From: Candidatus Cryptobacteroides sp.
GTDB taxonomy: Bacteria; Bacteroidota; Bacteroidia; Bacteroidales; UBA932
DNA: 64,000 nucleotides
NCBI GenBank assembly: GCA_045614805.1
Contig: JAZLDR010000014.1
Span: 18,015-82,014 of the forward strand
Direction: 5' to 3'
Positions 40,101 to 49,719 of the stretch are shown one piece after another (positions within the stretch are counted from its first letter, which is position 1; each line of letters begins with the position of its first letter). Both the position numbers and the translations under genes were made by a program. The notes below the pieces were generated by a model that had not been told where the DNA came from, searched no databases, and was given only the letters and a program-made list of their open reading frames with translations.

Positions 40101-40507
40101 CACTCAACGCCACCAGAAATCCACGCTCCGAGCATACCTACGTTAGCAGGCTTGATTACGCTCTGGCGATAGAAGATCTCATAACCGTTAGTCTTGTCTG
40201 TTGCATAGAAAAGACGTCCACCGATACCTGGAAGAACACACACCTTTACATAGTCGTTCTCAAGGTAAAGAGCGTGATGGCTTGAATCTACCTTCTCAAT
40301 TGTAGGATTGTCGTTCATCGCGTATGGATAAACGCCACGTTTTGCTCTCTGATATGCAAAGTCTCTTTCAAAAAGAGGAGCCTTCTCAGGAGCGTTCACT
40401 CTGTAAGTAGGAAGATTTTCGTGTCCTTCCCACATCTTAACAGGTCCGTTAACGGCAATTAGGGTTGTTGAAAAAAATAGTGAAATAAGAAAAGTTGCCA
40501 GTTTCAT
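37172..40507 (-). CDS. DUF5107-domain / TPR-repeat protein
   Basis: Motifs LENDY, PGIGGR, IKPANVG...WISGGVEWN, KFWTWG and GPYVEL, followed by long TPR-like helical repeats. Start taken at MKLATF (40507). Confidence 0.85.
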   Translation of the reverse strand: MKLATFLISLFFSTTLIAVNGPVKMWEGHENLPTYRVNAPEKAPLFERDFAYQRAKRGVYPYAMNDNPTIEKVDSSHHALYLENDYVKVCVLPGIGGRLFYATDKTNGYEIFYRQSVIKPANVGMLGAWISGGVEWNVFHHHRATSQYPIDYKLVDNGDGSKTIWVGEVENRHRMSWAVGLTLHPDKSYIEVTGRFFNNSIDRNSMLHWNNVATHANENYQIIFPENTEFGMFHHKLSHIHWPVPQTPYKNNPAYVGTDISWWKNLPSLTGDSVFIHDLQDDFVGGYDHGVDAGTMLAGNHNINKGGKFWTWGPHAYGHAWDCETLTDSDGPYVELMTAAYSDNQPDYCWINPQESKEFTAYWYGIRNLNNVNRGNEKATVNMDINPSGDIHVAANVTQIRRNAKVVVSHNGKVLYSKVATMSPDKPFADDFKVDASEVAEPTEVLMSLYSVEGDLLIDYHPYKHDLSKPHPEDLLPVNPDPKSIENTEELFYVGMRNLQFHQAHTDPMDYFNEVLRRDPGDVRTNTQVGILLRKAGNYAKAAEHLRKAISRQSANYTRVADGEAMYNLGLILKAEQKWEAAIDTLYRSAWDYEYASASYYQLAQISATLGNYKQALQEAEMAVNYNGMNIDAKNLKTTLLRKAGKKAEATALAKEVVKFDPLNYYATNELVLMGAKSASELKTLLRGVPESYLELAMYYYNNGFASDAKAVLTTSESAKPYPTVEYWLGYLADAAGDKDAALAWFKKAEAADIDYVFPFRLETITVLNKALEYLPTSYNTWYYLGNIYYHKQPDQALVCWEKAVEAKADFAMALRNLGWYWRFKNENKAKDVKDYDRAIEYYLAAIDADTEGNALFLAECDEIMELIKAPLEDRYNLFNGKEALYEKRYDSETKAIKQRILKGEYADVLEKLQTRFYSRREHIEDLHDIYVDVCLLSGFEAWNNGNNEDALKFMLLANEYPQNHGYAHLEYYARDAQVYYNIGLAYEKVGDAENAQKYYQMASKVEVKDKDSKYNYEKGLAIKKLNPKASVKAMYKNIVKNGKASLTTYVQRFWESFDRGPYEQDINSEAYYTQAIGYKALGRKIKAKRMFKKALKERNDNLWAIYYMEI

Positions 40508-40564
40508 ATGTTTGATTAATTGATTTCTAATGCAAAGGAACACATTATATATATAGGGAAAAAC

Positions 40565-40637
40565 AACACATTTCCCAACCTATGCAAGAATATTCCCAAA
40601 TACAACAAATTTCCCAAAATACGCCATATACTTCCCA
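40565..40637. promoter_or_regulatory. Candidate HTCS/AraC operator in the divergent PUL promoter
   Basis: TTCCCA at 40572, 40593, 40611 and 40632, forming two direct-repeat pairs each 21 bp apart. Confidence 0.65.
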
Positions 40638-40709
40638 TTAGCCTTGCGCCTATGCATAATGAAGTGATTTTATTTAAATATTTGCTTTTGAAACAAAATG
40701 CTCAAACAA

Positions 40710-43079
40710 ATGAGAAAATTACATTTTTTCCTTCTGGCAATTACGTGCCTCCTGTCCTGTGTGAAGCAGGAGGACGAAAATGTTCCGATCAGCAACGAAA
40801 GTATTCTAAACTTGCAGATTGGCAGCTGCTCAACTAAGACCTTTATTGATGGGTCATCATCAGCGAGCAGTATACCAGTGTGGTGGAGTGTCGGTGATGT
40901 GATAAATGTCAATGGTCAAAAATCTTCAGAATATGAAGGTCAAGGTGGCAGCACGTGTGCTGACTTCAAAATCAATAATGTGTTTCCGCCGTACAGGGTA
41001 TTATATCCTCATACTTACCACAAGGGGGATAATGCTGACGGAACAATCAATGTGGAGATCCCTTCGGTTCAGGATTATACACCGAATAGCTTTGCTGTTG
41101 GTTCTATGGTCATGTACGGATATTCTGACGATGAGACTATAAATTGCCAGTATGCTTGTGGTGCTATTAAAATCGGTTTGATTGGCAGTTCTTCTAGCCT
41201 TGTGAGCTCAATGACAATCACAAGTGTGACCTCGAACCAAAATATTACCGGTAAGTTCAAGATAAATCCGAAAGAGGGAACTATAGTCCCTGGAGAGAAT
41301 GGTGGTAAAACTATATCGATTTCATTCCCTAATGAAGGGCTAGAACTCAATGAAGAGTGCAAATATATTATTGCTACGATTCCTGCCGGTGTTTATCCTG
41401 AAGGTTTTGAGATAAAGTTGCTCGATTCTGACAAAAAGGTTATGAGACGTATGTGGTTAAGACATACGCAGGATTCGGATAAAGGCGTCACAGTAACTCC
41501 CGGTAAGATAACAAGTTTCGATAATCAGACCTTTGATACTGATTCCCGTGAAATATGCAGTGCAGAAGATTGGGATGAATTTGCAACTGCTTTCAATAGC
41601 GGAGATGATAGGCAAAATCTATGGCTTAGTAAAAGTGGCGCCGTAATTATCGGTGGAGACTTTTCTGCAGAAAAATTGACAAGAATTGAGTCCGTAGGCG
41701 CAGATGTCGTGATAGACGGAAGAGGGCATCAGATCACGCTGACCCATGCAGAAAAACCTTTGTTCGGTACTGTTGAAGGATGCGTGAAGAATCTTACGCT
41801 TTTAGGAAATATGAATGCAGTGGATCCATATACCAGTGGAGCATCTGCTTTTTGTTCTCTTCTTGCGGGTGGTGCCATATCTGATTGCTTGAGCAAGATG
41901 CACATTACTGTAAACGAGGATCACAAGGACAAAGCCGTAAAAGCAGGAGTGTTTGCAGCAGAAATGAATGGAGGAATCATCGCTAACTGCTCAAATGAAG
42001 GAAAAATCGATATACAGACAGGTCTGTCAACTTCTAAGGAGGTTATAGCGGGAGGTATTGTGGGAATAATTAGAGACCTTAAATCAAAGGCCGTTATTAC
42101 GGATTGTTCGAATAATGCAGATATTTCTGTGAAAATAGAAAAACCCGCTGCTGGCACAACAAGGCCGAACAAAGCTGGCTATGGTGGTGTTGTGGGAGTG
42201 GTTCTTGACGGAGATGCTGAAAAATTCCTCGAGCTCGCAAGATGTACCAACATGGGCAATGTTTCAGTTTCATTTGCAACGGATCCGTCGAGTGCTGCCA
42301 ACTTTAATCTCTCTGGAGCCGGCGGTATCATCGGATTGAATACAACATTCAACGGAGACGGAAATTTCCCAACTACTCCGCTCGGATTTTACATGGAGAT
42401 GTCGGAATGTACCAATCGAGGAAATGTTTATAACGGATTGGCAAGCAACGCATCATCAACACTGCTTGATGACGTTTGTGCAGGCGGCCTTGCCGGTATA
42501 ATGATCGGGACCTCAGATTTGCATGTCAAGATTGACAAGTGCGCTAACTATGGAATAGTGAAGACATATGAAGGCACTTCATTCAAACGAGCTACATATG
42601 TTAATGTTTGCGGAGGTTTATGTGGTATAGGCGGCTGGGCTGATTTCTCAAAATGTGATGTGATAAGCGAGCAGATAGGTACGGTGAAAGGACGCACTTA
42701 CTCAGTTAGTGCTGGTATTGGTTTGGCAATCAAGTCTTTTACGATTAAAGACTGCAAATTTGATGCGGGTGTACAGGCTATCAGATGTACCGACTTTACT
42801 GAAGGTAGTTATTCGTTAGCGTTCTGCGCAACAAAGACATCGAAGAGTGGAAATGTAGATAGCAAATATGGCCTTAACTTGAATGATTCAAAAATTTCTG
42901 GATGTAAGTTTAAAGGTTCAATTACAACAAATAGTACGCTTGCAAATGCAAACAATACAGCAGCCGTGACTGCAACAACAAATACGCTCACAGCTGATAC
43001 GTTCCAAACTTATATAATATCGCAGACATCCGGAACTACACCTGTCGTTCTTGAGGATAATACATTCTGGGAGGAATAA
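40710..43079 (+). CDS. Fimbrillin-like lipoprotein with C-terminal GLUG/beta-helix-like repeats
   Basis: Lipobox LLSC; STKT...WSVGDVINV and IPAGVYPEGF; then repeated C.N.G / AGGIVG motifs. Confidence 0.7.
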   Translation: MRKLHFFLLAITCLLSCVKQEDENVPISNESILNLQIGSCSTKTFIDGSSSASSIPVWWSVGDVINVNGQKSSEYEGQGGSTCADFKINNVFPPYRVLYPHTYHKGDNADGTINVEIPSVQDYTPNSFAVGSMVMYGYSDDETINCQYACGAIKIGLIGSSSSLVSSMTITSVTSNQNITGKFKINPKEGTIVPGENGGKTISISFPNEGLELNEECKYIIATIPAGVYPEGFEIKLLDSDKKVMRRMWLRHTQDSDKGVTVTPGKITSFDNQTFDTDSREICSAEDWDEFATAFNSGDDRQNLWLSKSGAVIIGGDFSAEKLTRIESVGADVVIDGRGHQITLTHAEKPLFGTVEGCVKNLTLLGNMNAVDPYTSGASAFCSLLAGGAISDCLSKMHITVNEDHKDKAVKAGVFAAEMNGGIIANCSNEGKIDIQTGLSTSKEVIAGGIVGIIRDLKSKAVITDCSNNADISVKIEKPAAGTTRPNKAGYGGVVGVVLDGDAEKFLELARCTNMGNVSVSFATDPSSAANFNLSGAGGIIGLNTTFNGDGNFPTTPLGFYMEMSECTNRGNVYNGLASNASSTLLDDVCAGGLAGIMIGTSDLHVKIDKCANYGIVKTYEGTSFKRATYVNVCGGLCGIGGWADFSKCDVISEQIGTVKGRTYSVSAGIGLAIKSFTIKDCKFDAGVQAIRCTDFTEGSYSLAFCATKTSKSGNVDSKYGLNLNDSKISGCKFKGSITTNSTLANANNTAAVTATTNTLTADTFQTYIISQTSGTTPVVLEDNTFWEE

Positions 43080-43081
43080 TC

Positions 43082-43951
43082 ATGAAGAATATATCGTTGT
43101 TTTTTTTAGCAATATGTTTTTTAGGTACTGGGTGTACCAAGGCAGTCAAGGATGATGGATCCGACATTGACATGAGCGGCTATACGACGCTAAAAGCCTA
43201 CATCGAGAATCTTGAGCTACCCGGATACAATCCTTCCGTAGCACTATGGAGCAAGTACGATCAGGTCGCTTTATTTTCTGACCAAAGTGCTAAAGCAGTA
43301 TTATGGAATGTTAGATTGTCTTCAGACGGAAAAGCTGATGCTGTGTTCTATGGCCCGCTTGTAACAGGAAAGAAGATATTTGGAGTGTTTCCATATGATT
43401 CGTCTCTCGAATATAATGGAATAAGCGTAGTCTGTGAACTGGCGGCTGTACAGAAAATAAGTTTGGAAAAATCGGTTTCTGAACATTTTATTGAGTATAA
43501 TCCATACGTATACGGCATGGTAGCAGATGGCGAAATTGATTTTCACTATGCCTACGGATTACTCAAAATAGACTTCAATCTGGCTTATCCAGTGACAATA
43601 TCAGGCCTTAGTATCAGCGACAGGACACAACCTCTTTCGGGACGAATGATGTACGACGGAACAGACCTTATGGAAACAGGAGCCAGTTCAAATACAATTA
43701 TGTTCGATTTCGAAGGGAAAAATTATCAAAGTGATGTCTTGGCAACTTATACCGTCATACGACCAGGCACATATGAAGATCTTGAGGTTGTCATAACGCT
43801 TGCAGATAATGATAAGATAAAACTGAATGTTCCGCCTGTTACAATACAAAGAATCACTTCAGAGAATTTTACAGCAGGACATATAACTATTTCAACATCA
43901 GACCTTCCGTCATTGGATCAGGAGGATGGATATTGGGAGGAAGATAAATGA
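43082..43951 (+). CDS. Fimbrillin-like lipoprotein
   Basis: Lipobox GTGC; WSKYDQVALF, GVFPY, RPGTY; acidic W-containing tail. Confidence 0.6.
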   Translation: MKNISLFFLAICFLGTGCTKAVKDDGSDIDMSGYTTLKAYIENLELPGYNPSVALWSKYDQVALFSDQSAKAVLWNVRLSSDGKADAVFYGPLVTGKKIFGVFPYDSSLEYNGISVVCELAAVQKISLEKSVSEHFIEYNPYVYGMVADGEIDFHYAYGLLKIDFNLAYPVTISGLSISDRTQPLSGRMMYDGTDLMETGASSNTIMFDFEGKNYQSDVLATYTVIRPGTYEDLEVVITLADNDKIKLNVPPVTIQRITSENFTAGHITISTSDLPSLDQEDGYWEEDK

Positions 43952-45018
43952 GATCAATAAATATATTAACCATTGGCATGCTCTTTATGGCCATATCATG
44001 CCAAGAGAAAATGGCTGATTATAAATCAGGACAATCTCTCGGAGAAATAGTCCTTGAAGTTTCTGAATGCTCTGTGTCGGTATCGGTAGATTATGATTGC
44101 ATATGGAGGGTTCATACTCCTGCAGATTGGATATCTACTGATGTGGAAGGTCGAAGCGGCAGTTCTGCATTCAGTTTTTCTGCAACATCAAACGAGTCGG
44201 ATATGACAGAGTCTAGGGCAGCCAGAAAAGCACCTGTTGTATTGACACGTCTGGATAAATATATAAGTGACACACTCTGGGTTATTCAGAGAGGTATTCC
44301 TGATGGGAAAGACTATGTTACGAATATAACAAGCAGCTTAATAGAGCTACAACAGGAGCCTTTGACAGTAAAGACTATACTTTATTGCAATCTGCAGGGA
44401 CTTGATGCGTCAACAGCCGAAGAGTGGATAAGGAGAAGGCAAGAGGATCTTATTGCCGCAGTATGGACCAATGAGGAAGTTGGATCATTTACTTGCGAAG
44501 GTAGGTCCGTCACGCGCTATGCGAATCTTATGGTGGTAGGAGATGTGGATGAAACCTTGCCTTCGAATGAGTCTCTGATTGTAAATGTGTCAGGACTTAA
44601 TGTGCAATTAGCAGATTTTACCTCTGAGGAATCAAACAGTCGTTTCCGTCAAATCGTTTCCATGTTGGATGAGGGATATAATGTACCTTCATCTTCAGCT
44701 CTTTGGCTCATAGGAGGATCGTTCTACTATCTCAGTTCAGCAGAATTTGGATATCCGACGACTCCGCTGTGGTATCCTTCACGACTCAAGGATCAGGCTT
44801 TCGAAGCAGATAGATATGCATGGACAAATAATCTGATTGACTGTGTATGGATGACTTCTAAGACATTTAACCCTACATATACTGCTGCAAACGGAAATTC
44901 TTGGAGAGCAGATTATGTATATGCATCCAAGTCTGCATGGAACAGCATTGTAGATGTGCGTGTACTTGAAGACGAAAACTTGACACATAAGCCTATTCTT
45001 ATCAAAATCAAATATTAA
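43948..45018 (+). CDS. BACON-domain lipoprotein with a degenerate endonuclease/exonuclease/phosphatase-like domain
   Basis: Lipobox AISC; BACON pattern W...DWI...N...R...VIQRG; C-terminal CNL, IGGSF, PTY, RADYVY and THKPI. Confidence 0.6.
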   Translation: MRSINILTIGMLFMAISCQEKMADYKSGQSLGEIVLEVSECSVSVSVDYDCIWRVHTPADWISTDVEGRSGSSAFSFSATSNESDMTESRAARKAPVVLTRLDKYISDTLWVIQRGIPDGKDYVTNITSSLIELQQEPLTVKTILYCNLQGLDASTAEEWIRRRQEDLIAAVWTNEEVGSFTCEGRSVTRYANLMVVGDVDETLPSNESLIVNVSGLNVQLADFTSEESNSRFRQIVSMLDEGYNVPSSSALWLIGGSFYYLSSAEFGYPTTPLWYPSRLKDQAFEADRYAWTNNLIDCVWMTSKTFNPTYTAANGNSWRADYVYASKSAWNSIVDVRVLEDENLTHKPILIKIKY

Positions 45019-45021
45019 GAG

Positions 45022-48000
45022 ATGAGTAGAATCAGATACATACTGACAATAATACTTTTTCTTGCAGCAGGCTCACACATGCTTGCTCAGAATATTGTAA
45101 AAGGACGTATCACAGATGAAAATGATGCTCCACTTGCAGGTGCATTCGTTATGGAAACAGGTGCTGGTGGAAATGGAGTCGTATCAGATGCTGATGGCGT
45201 CTATAGTATCACAATGAAATCTAAAGGAGATCTTCAGATTTCATTCATGAGTTACAAGACACAGGTTGTAAAAGTAAATGGAAGGCCTGTGGTAAATGTT
45301 AAAATGGAACCTGATGCCGTGCAACTTGAGACTGCCGTGGCAATCGGATATGGTACAGCAAAAAAGGCAGACCTTACTGGTGCAGTCACTGTCGTAGATG
45401 TACAGTCTGCTCAGGATGCACCGTTACAAGATATAGGACAGATGCTTCAAGGTCGAGTTGCAGGGGCAGATATTATGAGCGGATCAGGAGAACTTGGAGA
45501 ATCTGCAAGTATTCTTATTCGTGGTTCGCGATCAATTACAGCTGGAAATGAACCTCTTATAATTGTTGATGGCGTTATGGATGCTGTTTCCAGCTTAAGT
45601 GACCTTAACCCTTCCGACATCGTATCTATTTCTGTTCTTAAGGATGTGTCTTCTACTGCTATCTATGGAGCACGCGGAGCAAATGGAGTCATACTTGTGA
45701 CAACAGATAACCTTAAGAAGAATGATTCAAAAATTGATGTTGTCATAAAAAGTGTCACAGGTATATCTAATGTGGCAGGAACGCTCGATATCATGGACGC
45801 CTCTGATTATGCAACCTGGTGGAATATGGTTAATATCATTAAAAAATATCAGGCAGGCAGCTCTTATCCAGATGTCGACCCAGCAAATCCAGGCCCTGGT
45901 CATGGACTTCCTTTTGAAAATCCTTCAGCCGAGGGTAAAGGAACAGATTGGATAAAAACGCTCTCTCAGGTTGGTTTATATAACGATCAGTATGCATTAA
46001 TCAAAGGGACACACGGCAATACTACTGTATCTGCAAGTCTTGGATACAACTGGACAAAAGGAGTTATACTAGGATCCGATTATAAAAGATACACTGCTCG
46101 TATAAATGTTGATAGCAAGATCTCGAGATTGCTTACCCTAGGTGTAAAGGCAAGTTATATATATTTTGATGTAAAAAGGACAGGTGCGCTCATTACTGGT
46201 ACTGATACAAATGCTGCCGTCTATCTCAATCCACTGCTCAATAAGGAATCCATATATAATAGATATGGGGAACAGGAGAGTGACGGACAGATATTCAATA
46301 ATCCATACCAGAGGGCTATGCATGTAACCAATGGAGCGGACAAATGGATCTTGGGTATAAATCCGTATATAACTCTGAACTTTCGTAAAGGATTCACTTT
46401 AAAGTCAATATTTTCGTTCAGTCATGAAAACCACTTTACAGACAGATACTCGCCATCTTATATGCCGGTAGCTCAGGCAGCTCAAAGTGGAGCGTTTGCA
46501 TCACGAGCATATGATGATTATCAGAGATATCGTAACGAAACGACTTTGCAATGGAAACGCTCTGTTAAAAAGAGTAATATCGATCTCGTGGCAGGTTTTT
46601 CTGCTGGTATGAATCAGAATTCTACCGCTGTATATTATGGAACGGGATTTATAGATGATAATGTGAAGTTCGAAGATATGGCGGGTATGATGAATCCTAT
46701 CAACTATCAGATGGGAACCGGTAGGACTGTAAAGACAACAATGTCTGCTTTCGGACGTATCAACTATAATTACGACAGAAGATACTATCTCACATTCACA
46801 GCGAGAGCCGATGGTGCATCTAACTTTTCGGCAAACCACAAATGGGGATTCTTCCCGGCTGCGGCATTTCGTTGGACAATAAAGAATGAAGACTTTCTTC
46901 TTGGAGCGACATGGTTGAATGACCTCTCGTTAAGAATCAGTGCCGGACGCTCAGGAAATGATGCAATCAGTTCATATAAGTCACTTAATCTAGTAGATAC
47001 TGGACGTGGATCTTGGGTCTTCGGACATCAGTACAACCTCACATCTTATCCTCAACAGATTGCAAACAAGGAGTTGACTTGGGAAACGACAGATGCTGTG
47101 AATGTCGGATTGAATTTTGAGGCATTCAAATCAAGACTCTCTATAGAAACTGAGTTGTATTGGTCACGCACCAGCGATTTGTTGCTTACTGTAAAACAGT
47201 CACAAGTTACAGGATATGACACATATCTTGATAATTTTGGAAATACTGAGAATTATGGTGTTGAGGTTACCATATCATCAGATAATTTCCGTAAAAAGAA
47301 TTTCAGATGGTCAACAGACTTGATTGTATCACACAATACACAGATTGTCACAGATTCAGGTGCAGGAGACGAAGTCGTTCCAACATATACACGAGGAACT
47401 CAGTATTTGTATGGATATAAGACCGGGTACCCAGTCAACTCAATTTGGGGATATAAATATGGTGGAGTGTGGCATAATCAAGAAGAGGTAGATCGCAATA
47501 AATATACACATGTTTATGCATCAACCATAAAAGATGGAGCAAATGGTTCAAATGTCGGTAGGGCAAGATATTACGACATTAATGGCGATGGCAACCTTAA
47601 TGAAGATGATGTGGTTTATCTTGGAAATACCGACCCTGTGATTCATGGCGGTTTCCAGAATGATTTTACATTCTTTGGAAAACTCACCCTCAGCACATTT
47701 GTCTCATGGTCATTTGGAGGAAGGATGTATAATCTGCAGGAAAGTGTTCTTGGAAGCTCTGGAGCATATCATAATAAATATAGATATATGCTGAATGCAT
47801 GGCATCCTACGCGAAATCCAGATTCTGATATACCTATGCCAAATTCATCTGATGGAATATGGTCAGACAGGTATACTCATGATGCTTCATTTATACGACT
47901 GAAGACAGTATCTCTGAATTACAATCTCAATCTGGCAAAATGGTCTAAGATATTCAAGACGCTCAAGATAGGAGTAACAGGAGAGAATCTTGCCCTATGG

Positions 48001-48117
48001 AAGAGGTACAACGGATTTGATCCGGATGTGTCCACTAGCTCGACGGTAAGGCGACTAGATGCGGGCTCATTCCCTAAACCAAGAACTTATACCCTTAACC
48101 TCCAACTGAATTTCTGA
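45022..48117 (+). CDS. susC: SusC/RagA TonB-dependent transporter
   Basis: Motifs IGYGT, LQGRVAG, PLIIVDG, VLKDVSSTAIYGARGANGVILVTT, RADGAS, LTWETT and GFDPD; terminal F. Confidence 0.97.
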   Translation: MSRIRYILTIILFLAAGSHMLAQNIVKGRITDENDAPLAGAFVMETGAGGNGVVSDADGVYSITMKSKGDLQISFMSYKTQVVKVNGRPVVNVKMEPDAVQLETAVAIGYGTAKKADLTGAVTVVDVQSAQDAPLQDIGQMLQGRVAGADIMSGSGELGESASILIRGSRSITAGNEPLIIVDGVMDAVSSLSDLNPSDIVSISVLKDVSSTAIYGARGANGVILVTTDNLKKNDSKIDVVIKSVTGISNVAGTLDIMDASDYATWWNMVNIIKKYQAGSSYPDVDPANPGPGHGLPFENPSAEGKGTDWIKTLSQVGLYNDQYALIKGTHGNTTVSASLGYNWTKGVILGSDYKRYTARINVDSKISRLLTLGVKASYIYFDVKRTGALITGTDTNAAVYLNPLLNKESIYNRYGEQESDGQIFNNPYQRAMHVTNGADKWILGINPYITLNFRKGFTLKSIFSFSHENHFTDRYSPSYMPVAQAAQSGAFASRAYDDYQRYRNETTLQWKRSVKKSNIDLVAGFSAGMNQNSTAVYYGTGFIDDNVKFEDMAGMMNPINYQMGTGRTVKTTMSAFGRINYNYDRRYYLTFTARADGASNFSANHKWGFFPAAAFRWTIKNEDFLLGATWLNDLSLRISAGRSGNDAISSYKSLNLVDTGRGSWVFGHQYNLTSYPQQIANKELTWETTDAVNVGLNFEAFKSRLSIETELYWSRTSDLLLTVKQSQVTGYDTYLDNFGNTENYGVEVTISSDNFRKKNFRWSTDLIVSHNTQIVTDSGAGDEVVPTYTRGTQYLYGYKTGYPVNSIWGYKYGGVWHNQEEVDRNKYTHVYASTIKDGANGSNVGRARYYDINGDGNLNEDDVVYLGNTDPVIHGGFQNDFTFFGKLTLSTFVSWSFGGRMYNLQESVLGSSGAYHNKYRYMLNAWHPTRNPDSDIPMPNSSDGIWSDRYTHDASFIRLKTVSLNYNLNLAKWSKIFKTLKIGVTGENLALWKRYNGFDPDVSTSSTVRRLDAGSFPKPRTYTLNLQLNF

Positions 48118-49715
48118 TGAAAAAAGTATTTATCATATTCTTTACATTAATACTCAGCTTCAACAGTTGCTCTCTAATAGAAGACCCAGTGTCAGCATCT
48201 GAGGCGGATGAGTATTATGACACTATTATTAAATGTCAGACAGGCGTAAATGCTCTATATAGCAACGTCAGAGCACTGCTCAATGGTACAGGTATGTTCC
48301 ATACGACAGAGTGTGCGTCGGATCTGATGATAATGAATCTGTCGACTTCTCAAAATGCTATTCTGGATATATCTCCTGCAAATCCTGGCTTTGCGTCAAA
48401 TCTCTGGAGCAATTGTTACTCAGGAATCATGAAGGCTAATAACATCCTTTACTATCTTGATCTAGGAGTCAAGAAGGGGACCTTTACTCATGAGGATGCG
48501 TTATCCCTGCAAGGAGAAGCCGTTGTACTGCGAGCATTCTTTTATTATCTCCTTACTTCCTCTTTTGGTGATGTCCCTTATTACGAGGAAAGAGTGACTG
48601 ATGAGAATAGAAAAGCCATTGCAAAACTCCCGAGAATGTCTGCGACAGGAACTCGCGACAAGTTGATAGAACAGTTGCGCAGTTATATTTACCCTGAGTC
48701 TGCTGGAGGTCTTGGTGCACTTGAATTAAAACGCACTTATGATGGCAATCATTCCAACCGAATGGGAGCAGCTGTAGGTCTTGTTCTCGCTGCCAAATTT
48801 TGTCTTTGGAATGAAAGATGGGAGGATGCCATTGATGTACTCAACCACCTTGAGCAGATATATGGAAGTTATGTGAACAACCCGGAGGAATTCAGCGCTG
48901 ATTATCCCCTGACAGATATCCCATACAGCAATAAGTACACTAAGGAGTCTATCTTTGAAATTTCCAACTCATACGAACTATACGGTATACAGGCTGTGGG
49001 TAATCTAGCTGCGTATACAACACCAAGCAAAGGAACTGGATGTAAATATGACGGACTTGAGATACCGGCACTTGGTAGCAATGCTGTCATAAGCATTCAA
49101 ATGCGTCCAACAACATGGGTATTCCAGACTCTGCTTCCTTATTATTCTCAAGATAAGAGAGCCGGCGACTATTCTAATGATTCGTCGGTAAGCCGCAAGG
49201 GCTCTGGCAATCTGGCATGGAGGTGGGAAAGCGGCTGGTTTTCTTCATGCAAGAGGGCTAATGACCGCCCATGGCTTGGTAATAAGTTCTGGTGCTTTGG
49301 TATGAATTCCAACAGCGACTTCAATAATTACAAGATTTTCCGTTATGCTGATGCTCTGCTGATGCTCTCAGAAGCATATTACAACCTTAAAGACTATGAT
49401 AAGGCAGCGAAATATCTGAATATAACACGTGCAAGAGCCGGATTAACAGACTATGTAAACCTTAATTATGTAGGAGGTAGTCCTGAAGCCTTTATGGAGG
49501 AAATCCGTATGGAAAGAGCGAAGGAACTGTTTGGTGAGTATCAGAGAAAATTTGACTTGGTACGTTGGGGTATATGGTACGAGAGGACAGTAGCGTATAA
49601 TGATGGCTATTACCTTAAAGGATATATTCGTAGATGTCACGAATATCTTCCGATACCGGAGGATCAGATAACTTATTCTGGAGGAGCGTTGAACAATGAT
49701 GAATATAATAAATAA
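48117..49715 (+). CDS. susD: SusD/RagB glycan-binding lipoprotein
   Basis: Lipobox FNSC; motifs LRAFFY, FGDVP, RYADALLM, RARAG and ERAKELFGE..RKFDLVRWG. Confidence 0.95.
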   Translation: MKKVFIIFFTLILSFNSCSLIEDPVSASEADEYYDTIIKCQTGVNALYSNVRALLNGTGMFHTTECASDLMIMNLSTSQNAILDISPANPGFASNLWSNCYSGIMKANNILYYLDLGVKKGTFTHEDALSLQGEAVVLRAFFYYLLTSSFGDVPYYEERVTDENRKAIAKLPRMSATGTRDKLIEQLRSYIYPESAGGLGALELKRTYDGNHSNRMGAAVGLVLAAKFCLWNERWEDAIDVLNHLEQIYGSYVNNPEEFSADYPLTDIPYSNKYTKESIFEISNSYELYGIQAVGNLAAYTTPSKGTGCKYDGLEIPALGSNAVISIQMRPTTWVFQTLLPYYSQDKRAGDYSNDSSVSRKGSGNLAWRWESGWFSSCKRANDRPWLGNKFWCFGMNSNSDFNNYKIFRYADALLMLSEAYYNLKDYDKAAKYLNITRARAGLTDYVNLNYVGGSPEAFMEEIRMERAKELFGEYQRKFDLVRWGIWYERTVAYNDGYYLKGYIRRCHEYLPIPEDQITYSGGALNNDEYNK

Positions 49716-49719
49716 GACC

